From an uncultured Gemmatimonadales bacterium (lineage in GTDB: Bacteria > Gemmatimonadota > Gemmatimonadetes > Gemmatimonadales > GWC2-71-9): a DNA stretch of 27,436 bases. Below the pieces are notes generated by a model. The model was given only the letters and a program-made list of their open reading frames with translations. It did no database searches and was not told where the DNA came from. The DNA lies in assembly GCA_963844035.1 (NCBI GenBank), contig CAWJMT010000021.1:1-27436 (forward strand), read 5' to 3'. Each line of letters starts with the position of its first letter. Within the stretch, counting starts at the first letter, position 1. The position numbers and the translations under genes are program-made. Below, one piece after another: positions 18,348-25,791 of this stretch.

Positions 18348-19562
18348 CAGGTACGGATGCGGTTCCGCCCGTCTTCCTTCGCACGATACAGCGCTTGATC
18401 GGCGGCCCGGATCACCTGATCCGGGAGGCCGTGGCGACTGTTCCGCTCGGCCACGCCGATGCTGACGGTGATCGCCGCCTGGCGGCGTTTGCCTTTGCTC
18501 TTCTCGCGCTTGCGCGCGACCCGGATGCGGCCGCGAATCGTGAAGGCGGTGTCCGCGATCGCTTCGCGCACGGCTTCGAGATGAGGCAGGGAATCCTCCA
18601 CCGACTTGCCCGGGAACAGGATCGAGAACTCCTCCCCGCCGTAGCGGTACGCCTTTCCACCGCCCTCCACGTGGGCCAGCTTCGCCGCCACCATCTTCAG
18701 CACGTGGTCCCCCACATCGTGGCCATACTCGTCGTTGAAGCGCTTGAAGTGATCCACGTCCACCATCGCGATCGCATACTGGCCCCCCAGGCGCTGCATC
18801 GCTTCGGTCAGGGCACGGCGGGTCGGCAGGTGGGTGAGCCCGTCTTGATAGGCGAGGAGGTAGGAGGCTTCAATGATCGAGACGACGAGCACCAACCCGG
18901 CGGTGCCGAGGTAGATCGCTCCCCCGGGGCCGGGGCGGTACGCAGTGAGGGCGAGGAACGCGGCCAGGATGGCCCAGAGGAATCCCCGGTGCGTGGCGTC
19001 GGTCTCGAACACGAGGGGCGTGACCACGGCGCCCAGAGCGATGGCGAAGGCCAACAGCGCCGGCTGCCGCAGGTGCGCCCACGCCAGCAGTTTCGCCGGG
19101 ACGCAGCGGTTGCGCCAGCAGGGCCGCGGTCGTCGTGGGCGACGTGCGGCTGAACATCAGCACCAGCGTCACCTGCAACACGATGGCCCCGAGACGCAGC
19201 AGGCCGCTCGGCGTGAGCGTGCCGCGGTCGGGGAGCAGGGCGAGCGCGGCGAGGTTCAAGGGCAGCAGCACCGCGGTGGCGCGCAGAATCACCTGGCCGC
19301 TGGCGCCGCGTCCGGGCGAGCCGAGCGCGAGGGTCGCGAGGGCCAGCACCACCAGGGCGAGCAGCAGCCGGTTGCGCTGGAACCGCCAGGCCAACAGGGC
19401 GCCCACCGCGAACACCGCGTAGGGGTAGAACCGGGCGAACGCCGGCAGCGCGCCACGCAGCGCGTCGAGCTGCAGGATCACCGCGGCGGCGATCACCAGC
19501 ACGCCGTCGGGTGCGACCAGCGTCAGCCCTCGTTTCCACCATCTGACTTGCGCGCGTTTCAT
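18347..19562 (-). CDS. Membrane-bound diguanylate cyclase (GGDEF), frameshift near 19103
   Basis: Multi-TM N-terminus (ORF 18870-19562) joins DGLTHLPTRR, DVDHFKRFNDEYGHDVGD, RYGGEEF, ADQALYRAKEDGRN by removing one base. Confidence 0.9.
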
Positions 19563-19660
19563 GGGTTCGCTGTTGCGGTGGCCATAACGGTACGCTAGAC
19601 GGCGGACAGGTCAACTCAGGGGAGGCGGGCACGCGGGTTGCGTGCTCCGGCAACGGGTGG

Positions 19661-19669
19661 TGATATTCT
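19661..19669 (+). promoter_or_regulatory. Putative extended -10 promoter for the tRNA-Glu pair
   Basis: TGATATTCT (TGnTATTCT) followed by a GC-rich discriminator, about 30 nt upstream of the tRNA. Confidence 0.45.
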
Positions 19670-19698
19670 CCCCGCCGGCTCTTCTCCGGCCGAACTCC

Positions 19699-19771
19699 GG
19701 CGGTATCGTCTAGGGGACTAGGACGGAGCCCTCTCAAGGCTCAAACACGGGTTCGAATCCCGTTACCGCTA
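19699..19771 (+). tRNA. tRNA-Glu(CTC)
   Basis: Acceptor GGCGGTA/TACCGCT; anticodon arm GAGCC-CTCTCAA-GGCTC; T arm ACGGG-TTCGAAT-CCCGT. Confidence 0.96.
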
Positions 19772-19791
19772 CTGTCACCGCTGGCGCTTCC

Positions 19792-19863
19792 GCCCCCATC
19801 GTCTAACGGTTAGGACACCACTCTTTCAAGGTGGGAACAGGGGTTCGATTCCCCTTGGGGGCA
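19792..19863 (+). tRNA. tRNA-Glu(TTC)
   Basis: Acceptor GCCCCCA/TGGGGGC; anticodon arm CCACT-CTTTCAA-GGTGG; T arm AGGGG-TTCGATT-CCCCT. Confidence 0.96.
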
Positions 19864-19895
19864 CTAAGAAAGGGACGGGGGGGGAAGGGGGACGG

Positions 19896-20292
19896 GTGGC
19901 GGACGTCGAGCTATCCAACGTAGAGCAGATTGCGATCATCGTGCACGACGTGGACCGCGCGGTGCGGTTCTACCGCGATATCCTCGGCCTGCCGTTCCTA
20001 TTTCAGGTCCCGAACATGGCGTTCTTCCAGTGCGGCGAAGTGCGCCTGATGCTCGGTATTCCGTCGGCGCCCGAGTTCGATCATCCCTCCTCGATCATCT
20101 ACTATCACGTGGCCGACATCGAGGCGACGCACCAGGCGCTCGTGAGTCGCGGCGCTCACCTTCCGGAGCACACCGCACCTGGTGCACCGGGCCGCGGACC
20201 ACGAAGTGTGGATGGCGGAATTCCAGGATCCCGACTCGAACCACCTCGCGCTGATGAGCCGCAAGCCGCTTGGCTCGCCGAGGGTTGCCTAA
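19896..20292 (+). CDS. VOC/glyoxalase family protein (frameshift near 20155)
   Basis: VEQIAIIVHDVDRAVRFYRDILGL, MAFFQCGEVRLML; removing one C gives TFRSTPHLVH...WMAEFQDPDSNHLALMS...TAA at 20292. Confidence 0.88.
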
Positions 20293-20321
20293 CGTTTTGT
20301 GGATAGCGATGTTTCCGCCGC

Positions 20322-20394
20322 GCGCCGATAGCTCAATTGGTAGAGCAAATGACTCTTAATCATTAGGTTCTCGGTTCGATTCCGAGTCGGCGCA
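20322..20394 (+). tRNA. tRNA-Lys(CTT)
   Basis: Acceptor GCGCCGA/TCGGCGC; anticodon arm AATGA-CTCTTAA-TCATT; T arm CTCGG-TTCGATT-CCGAG. Confidence 0.96.
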
Positions 20395-20408
20395 TGACGT
20401 CGTTCCAA

Positions 20409-20441
20409 CCCCCCGGGCCTCGCCGCTCGGGGGGCTTTCTT
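20409..20441 (+). terminator. Rho-independent terminator after tRNA-Lys
   Basis: CCCCCCGGG...CTCGGGGGG stem followed by CTTTCTT. Confidence 0.7.
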
Positions 20442-20458
20442 GTGCCAAAATGGGGGTA

Positions 20459-20827
20459 TCATTCGTCCCCAGCGGGGAGGTGCGACGTCAATTCGCTCAA
20501 CGCCCCCACGAACAAGGCAAGACCGACGAGGCCGAGCGCGAGCCCGATCGTTCTTCCAGCATCGACCTCCTTGATCGCGACCTGCCTGACGTCCGAGACC
20601 GCGACCTTGAATGGCCTTCCGTGGGAGACCCCTGCCAGGCTGTCGTCCCCCACGACTCGCGGCTCTTCGACAACCACGTGCGAACCGTTGGCCTGGGTCA
20701 GGCGCACGGCAGTGGGTTGCTGGGCGGAGATGATCTGCGGCGGGCTGCCCGCTTTCTGAACGTGCCACGTGGTGCACGCGGCGAGATACCAGACGAGGAG
20801 AGCACAGGCGATTGGTCGGCGCAGCAT
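20459..20827 (-). CDS. Small lipoprotein with C-terminal TM helix, paralogue X
   Basis: RBS AAGGGAG; lipobox YLAAC; C-terminal hydrophobic TIGLALGLVGLALFVG; near-duplicate at 22994-23362. Confidence 0.82.
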   Translation of the reverse strand: MLRRPIACALLVWYLAACTTWHVQKAGSPPQIISAQQPTAVRLTQANGSHVVVEEPRVVGDDSLAGVSHGRPFKVAVSDVRQVAIKEVDAGRTIGLALGLVGLALFVGALSELTSHLPAGDE

Positions 20828-21022
20828 GGGTGACTCCCTTGTGGGTTCGCCAGCAATAGACGCTCGCGCTCTCAAGCGAGAATCAAGGAAGTCCGAGCGA
20901 CTCACCCCATCGGGCTATCTACCTACTCCACCCCTCCACCGAACGAGGCATGCCTATTGAGCCCCGCCCCTTACATGTTGCAGCAGAGGCCGCTCGTACG
21001 CCATCGTCCACTGGAGGTTTCC

Positions 21023-21739
21023 GTGAAACGTTTCTGGTTATTCGTGCTCTTGATCGTGGTCGCCTGTACCACAGACACGTCGGGTCCCACCGCCGTGCCC
21101 GTGACAATCGTTGTCACGAACGACCTGATCGACCCCGTCACCATCTATGTGAATGACATAGCCGTAGGGATTACTGCAGCGAGCGCTACTCAGCAGGTCA
21201 CCGTCAACGTTGCCGGGAGCCTCACGGTGTCCTTCGATCTGAACCGTCCCATCACGACCGGGGGAACCCCGCTCGGTGAGCAGATGTTCGGCGACTTTGA
21301 GACCATCTCGAACCCCAGCGGCACCTACACGTTCATCGTGGACAACTTTGTAGGCACGCAGGAATACTTCGCCCCGTTGATTTCAAACTCCGGCGCCTAT
21401 CCAATCATCATGGCAGTCAACTCGGGTCTCGCTTCAGAATACCGGTGCAATTGCACCGCTCCCTCGGGTGGGTTGGACGTCAACATCGGCTACTATCGCT
21501 TGTTCGGTAACACCGAAGTCAGAGGTTATCGGAGCGTGAGCGGCTATGGAAACGGCACCTATACCTTCTGGAACGTTTCCACCTTTGGTCCCGGCGTACA
21601 GGACGGCAGCGGCGTCGTGCTGCTCGCCAATAGTGCGAACCTCCTGTCGCCGCCGATCGGGGCGGCGGGAGTTGCCGGCACGGTCACAAGAGGGACAGGT
21701 CGCCCAACATTGGGTCGGGCACTGACGAACACGCCGTAA
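21023..21739 (+). CDS. Hypothetical lipoprotein
   Basis: GGAGG RBS before GTG 21023; lipobox IVVAC; Thr/Gly/Asn-rich; visibly more A/T-ending codons than the neighbours. Confidence 0.78.
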   Translation: MKRFWLFVLLIVVACTTDTSGPTAVPVTIVVTNDLIDPVTIYVNDIAVGITAASATQQVTVNVAGSLTVSFDLNRPITTGGTPLGEQMFGDFETISNPSGTYTFIVDNFVGTQEYFAPLISNSGAYPIIMAVNSGLASEYRCNCTAPSGGLDVNIGYYRLFGNTEVRGYRSVSGYGNGTYTFWNVSTFGPGVQDGSGVVLLANSANLLSPPIGAAGVAGTVTRGTGRPTLGRALTNTP

Positions 21740-21757
21740 GCCGCATTCTTGGAGCGG

Positions 21758-21807
21758 AGCCCGGGCTCTCAGCCCGGGGAATGCCGCGCGCGGAGTCGGC
21801 GCGTTCC
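21758..21807 (+). repeat. Partial copy (third hairpin and tail) of the REP-like element
   Basis: AGCCCGGGCTCTCAGCCCGGGGAAT...GAGTCGGCGCGTTCC matches the 3' half of the copy at 22842. Confidence 0.85.
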
Positions 21808-21890
21808 TGCATCTGCTCCGAGCGCGGTCTGTCGGCGAAACGGTGGATGCCCTTGCGGTGCGGGTCCGCAGGGGAAACTTATCCGCTGTC

Positions 21891-22230
21891 GTGCCCGAGC
21901 ACGTCGCTCTCTTTCGGCCCGGCACCTCTCCTCCGTCGAGCGAGCGCGGCTCTCCTCCGCGCTGCCGCCCGATCTTCTCGAGCAGGTCCGTCGCCGGGTC
22001 CGGCTCCTCGCCCTGTTCGTGGCGATTGGGTTCGCGATCGACCCCGTCTTCTCCTCCGTCGGCTACGGTGCGGCTGCCCTGCGAGCGTCCCGCTGCCGGA
22101 GGTATTCCTCGAAGCGCCTGCCGTTCCAGTGGGTCAACTTCGGCGCGGAGCGGCTCCGGTCGCCGTATGGGGACGGCTCGTCAGCCGAAGGTCACGCCTT
22201 GCCGGCTGCTCACCATCGGTCTCGTGTATC
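21891..22230 (+). pseudogene. Degenerate 5' fragment of a membrane protein (possibly the N-terminus of a membrane Ser/Thr kinase)
   Basis: Across several frames: VPEHVALFRPGTS / LSSALPPDLLEQVRRRVRLLALFVAIGFAIDP / LPFQWVNFGA / LLTIGLVY; it ends abruptly. The kinase link is from recollection; no kinase domain is present. Confidence 0.5.
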
Positions 22231-22758
22231 GTAGTCCCGTCGCCGAGCTGGCTGGAGCTATTTGAGCCCCAGCAATAGGCGGCACCCACGGCCGTGAGCC
22301 GCAGGTGTGCGAGCCGCCGGCGCTCATGCTGGTGACGTCAGCGTGCGGCAACGAGGCACTCGTCGCCCCGGTGCGCCCCACCGCGCTCGCGGCGAGCCTG
22401 TAACCGCTGCCCGGCCGGTCGATCCGCAGTTGTTGAACGTGGCGATCCCCCGGGCCGCCACGACGGTCAGCGTGCCCGCGAGGGTCCCCGCGACCAGGTT
22501 TGCCCCGAGCGCGAGCGTCACCGCGTCCGTCGCCGTCGTCAGCGTGTTGCCCGCGCTGTCCTGCACCGCTACCTGGACCGCGGGAGCGATCTGCTCTGCA
22601 CCCGGGGCGCTCGTCGGCTGCACCAGGAAGGTCAACTTGGTCAGCGGGGCTACCGGTGCTGGTTGAGCCGGAGGTTGAGCCGGAGCGGTTTCCTCGCTAC
22701 AGCCGATAATGGCCGCAGCCAGGACGAACAGCAGATGGCGTGTGTTACTGGGAGTCAT
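22228..22758 (-). pseudogene. Truncated Ig-like/RCC1-repeat lipoprotein
   Basis: ATG 22758, lipobox IIGC, LTFLVQPTS...VQVAVQDSAGN...GIATFNN, then after frameshifts SAGGSHTCG(L)TAVGAAYCWGSNSSSQLGDGTT, which is one RCC1 repeat only. Confidence 0.78.
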
Positions 22759-22841
22759 TCGCAAACAGATATGTGCCCCATCCTGCGAGGCGTCAATGGT
22801 GCCGGTTGCGCGGTCGATGGATGAGGCAGGTGAGCCGTTTT

Positions 22842-22953
22842 CGCGCCCTGAGAAGGCGCGCTCGGCCGGGGGTGCGCCCTTACAGGGCGCACAATCAACG
22901 CCGAGCCCGGGCTTCAGCCCGGGGAATACCGCGTCCCGAGTCGGCGCATTCCC
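22842..22953 (+). repeat. Three-hairpin REP/REPIN-like element, third full copy
   Basis: CGCGCCCTGAGAAGGCGCG...GTGCGCCCTTACAGGGCGCAC...AGCCCGGGCTTCAGCCCGGGGAATACCGCGT. Confidence 0.9.
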
Positions 22954-22993
22954 GGAATTGCCTCCGAGAACCATAGGACTCATAGGTCCTCCT

Positions 22994-23362
22994 TTAGTTG
23001 CCGTTCTGCGTCGTTTCGCCCAAGGCCGCGGCGTACACGACAAGGAATAGCGGGACGCAGATGCCGAGCGCTAGTCCGATCGTTTTGCCTGCGTCGACCT
23101 TCTTGACCGCGACCTGCGTGACGTCCGAGACCGCGACGGCGTTAGAGGACACTCCGTTGTGGAAGCCCGCCAGGCTGTCGCCCCCGACGACTCGCGGCTG
23201 TTCGACAACCACGTGCGAACCGTTGGCCCGGGTCAGGCGCACGGCTGTGGGGTGCGTGGTAGAGATGAGCTGCGACGGGCTGACGCCCTTCTCAACGTGC
23301 CACGTGGTGCACGCGGCGAGATACCAGAGGAGGAACGCAGAGGCGATTGGTCGGCGACGCAT
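22994..23362 (-). CDS. Small lipoprotein with C-terminal TM helix, paralogue X'
   Basis: RRPIA...WYLAACTTWHV...VRLTRANGSHVVVEQPRVVG...DAGKTIGLALG, colinear with 20459-20827. Confidence 0.82.
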   Translation of the reverse strand: MRRRPIASAFLLWYLAACTTWHVEKGVSPSQLISTTHPTAVRLTRANGSHVVVEQPRVVGGDSLAGFHNGVSSNAVAVSDVTQVAVKKVDAGKTIGLALGICVPLFLVVYAAALGETTQNGN

Positions 23363-23394
23363 GGTCAACTCCCTTGTGGGTTCTCTCAGTTGCC

Positions 23395-23516
23395 GGCGAG
23401 CGGTAGGTGTGTGCGACCCGTATCGACGCGCCCGGCAGGAGCTCCCCTTCCTGCTGCCCGACGAGCACGGCGAGGGGAGCCGAAACGACGATCGCGGTCA
23501 GGAACCCTGTGCGCAT
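23395..23516 (-). pseudogene. 5' remnant of an exported protein gene
   Basis: Strong RBS AAGGAGGA, then MRTGFLTAIVVSAPLAVLVG/QQEGELLPGASIRV; plausible coding ends after about 40 codons, at the leader of X'. Confidence 0.5.
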
Positions 23517-23920
23517 ACGTTCCTCCTTTAGGGATGGCCGGAAATAGGCGCTCGAGCCCTCAAGCGAGAATCAAGCGAGCCAGAAATGCTGTGTTATCGC
23601 TCAGATAGGACGGCGCGACCACAGGTCGGCGATCGCGGATTCGGGGAGGCGTCGGAGCGGAGGCGTCAGAGCGAAGGAGCGAGGGCCGGCATGGCCATCG
23701 AGGGCCATCGCCAACACCGACAACACTACTGGTTGGTACAGTCCGCCGCCAACTGACTGCGCGGCAGCAAGGCGCCCCCCGGTGTCGATTGAACGCGGTG
23801 GCCGCGGTCCCTCATGAAGAACATGAAGAAGAGCCGCGCCGGCCCTTCCTTGACAGTCTGCCAACCGCCCGCAGTTTAGCCCTGCCCGACACGAGCACCC
23901 TCAAGCCGGGAGATCCAACC

Positions 23921-24376
23921 ATGCGTCGCACGTTCGCTTCTCCACTCATTGGCATGGCGTTGGTCGCAGTCGTCTGTGCTCCCGTGGGAGCCCAGGCGAA
24001 GGGGAAGTCGCTCTACGTCCGGCTCGGGGGCAAGGCGGCCATCACCGCCGTGGTGAACGAATTTGTGTCCCGGGTCGGCGCCGACAACCGCATCAACAAG
24101 TACTTCGCGGCCACGGTGGCCGACACCGTGCGGCTGGCGGCCCTCAAGGGAAAGCTCGTGGATCAGATTTGCCAGGCGACCGGCGGCCACTGCCACTACA
24201 TGGGGAAGGACATGAAGACCGCCCATGCAGGCATGGGAATCACGCACGCCGACTTCGCCGCACTGGTCGAGGATCTGTCCGGCGCGCTGGACAGTTACAA
24301 TGTGGCGCCGATGGACAAGGCCGAGCTCCTTGGCGCGCTCGCACCAATGGAAAAGGACATCGTCGAGGGCACCTGA
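23921..24376 (+). CDS. Exported group I truncated hemoglobin
   Basis: SLYVRLGGKAAI, ATGG, YMGKDMKTAHAGMGIT (proximal His), DFAALVEDL; signal peptide ...APVGA/Q; RBS GGAG; TTGACA at 23850-23855. Confidence 0.92.
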   Translation: MRRTFASPLIGMALVAVVCAPVGAQAKGKSLYVRLGGKAAITAVVNEFVSRVGADNRINKYFAATVADTVRLAALKGKLVDQICQATGGHCHYMGKDMKTAHAGMGITHADFAALVEDLSGALDSYNVAPMDKAELLGALAPMEKDIVEGT

Positions 24377-24498
24377 CAGCCCGGGAACCCCTCGTTCCGA
24401 GTGGGCGCCCTGGTGGACGACCCCCGGCCTGACCTGTAGCTTGTCGGGTCTCTTGCAATTCGGCCCATCAATTGGCGGATCGAGTGGCACCGCGCGGC

Positions 24499-24612
24499 AT
24501 GCAGCCTGACGATCTCGACCCGGCTCGCGGGGTCCTGACCGGCGTTCTCCTGGGCGTCTTGTTGTGGGTACTGCTGATCGGTACCTGCTACTACGTGGTG
24601 AGGCGCGGCTAG
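24499..24612 (+). CDS. Putative 37-aa single-pass membrane peptide
   Basis: Translated by hand: MQPDDLDPARGVLTGVLLGVLLWVLLIGTCYYVVRRG*; below the ORF-track cutoff; stops 5 bp before the convergent stop codon. Confidence 0.6.
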   Translation: MQPDDLDPARGVLTGVLLGVLLWVLLIGTCYYVVRRG

Positions 24613-24617
24613 TCGCC

Positions 24618-25778
24618 CTACTGCGGCGTGATGCGATACACCTGCCCGCTCGAGCGCGTGACGTAAATCTCGCCGCGCGCGTCCTCGCCGAACGACGTGA
24701 GTCCCCCCGCCACCCCGAAGTCGGCCGTGTGATCGATGAGGTCCGTCACGGTGCCGCCCTGCATGCGGAGGCTGCGGATCCAGCCGGCGCAGTACTCGCC
24801 GAAAAAGTAGCGGCCGGCGAGATCGGGGTATCGGGTCCCGCGGTAGACATAGCCGCCCGTGATCGAGCAGTTGGCATTGTTCGAACCGTGGCTGTACTCG
24901 TAGACGGGGAGAATGAGGCCGGCCATTGGGCAGGAATTGCCCGAGGGATAGCAGTGCGCCCCCTCCATCGTGTTCCAGCCGTAGTTGCGTCCGCCCGGGT
25001 CCCCGGCACTCGCGAAGTTGAGCTCTTCCCAGGCGTTCTGTCCCACGTCGCCGATGTAGAGGTCGTGGGTCATCCGGTCGAACGAAAACCGCCACGGGTT
25101 CCGCAGCCCATAGGCCCATACCTCCGGCGCCGCCGGCGGCCGGCCGACGAACGGATTGCTCGCCGGAATCGCGTACGGTGGCGCGCCGTTCACGTCGATG
25201 CGCAGGATCTTTCCCAGGAGCACCGTGCTGTCTTGCCCGTTGTCGTCGGGATCGCCGCCGCCACCCCCATCCCCGGTACCGATGTAGAGGTAGCCGTCGG
25301 GTCCGAACGTCACCAACCCGCCGTTGTGGTTGCTGTTCGCGGCATGCGGAATACTCAAGAGCACCTGGCCGGAGGTCGCGTCGCCGACGTTGGGGTTCGC
25401 CGAGATGTGATAGCGAGCCACGGTGAGTGCGCCGTTGGACGCCGTGTAGTCGACGTAGAAGAACCCGTTGCTCGCGTAGTTGGGATCGAAGGCGAGGCTC
25501 AGCAAGCCGCGCTCGCCGCCGGTGCTGATGATCCCGGAGAGATTCAGGAACAGCGTCGGGAGCAGCGTGTCGCGGCGCACCACGCGAATCGCGCCGCTCT
25601 GCTGTACGACGAAGATCCGGTTCGTGTCGCCCGGCGGCGCCGTGACGTACAGCGCCGAGTTCAAGCCCGATGCCACCTGGGTGAGGGAGAGGGTGGGCGC
25701 GGACGGCGTGTCGTCACCGCACGCGACGAGCGTCGCAACACCGGCTGCGAGGAGCAGCGTCCCGATCGGTCGTCTCAT
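24618..25778 (-). CDS. PQQ-dependent sugar dehydrogenase (GSDH family) lipoprotein
   Basis: Lipobox TLVAC; ERGLLSLAFDP, NHNGG, FGPDGYLYIGTGDGG, GLRNPWRFSFD, SFGEDARGE; AAGGTGAG upstream of ATG 25778. Confidence 0.92.
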   Translation of the reverse strand: MRRPIGTLLLAAGVATLVACGDDTPSAPTLSLTQVASGLNSALYVTAPPGDTNRIFVVQQSGAIRVVRRDTLLPTLFLNLSGIISTGGERGLLSLAFDPNYASNGFFYVDYTASNGALTVARYHISANPNVGDATSGQVLLSIPHAANSNHNGGLVTFGPDGYLYIGTGDGGGGGDPDDNGQDSTVLLGKILRIDVNGAPPYAIPASNPFVGRPPAAPEVWAYGLRNPWRFSFDRMTHDLYIGDVGQNAWEELNFASAGDPGGRNYGWNTMEGAHCYPSGNSCPMAGLILPVYEYSHGSNNANCSITGGYVYRGTRYPDLAGRYFFGEYCAGWIRSLRMQGGTVTDLIDHTADFGVAGGLTSFGEDARGEIYVTRSSGQVYRITPQ

Positions 25779-25791
25779 GCGATGACTCACC

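Noticed and set aside
6239..20292. Programmed ribosomal frameshifting in the broken genes
   Set aside because: No slippery heptamers or shared context at the breaks; scattered indels fit sequencing error or decay.
6141..20394. All four tRNAs lack an encoded 3' CCA
   Set aside because: Common in many bacteria; CCA is added post-transcriptionally.
8918..22953. Repeats as a CRISPR array or integron attC sites
   Set aside because: Copies are kilobases apart with no regular spacers and no cas genes; there are no RYYYAAC/GTTRRRY boxes and no intI.
23601..23864. 87-aa minus-strand ORF and the CATGAAGAA tandem at about 23813-23830
   Set aside because: No RBS, motif or coding signal; a two-copy 9-mer is too weak to interpret.
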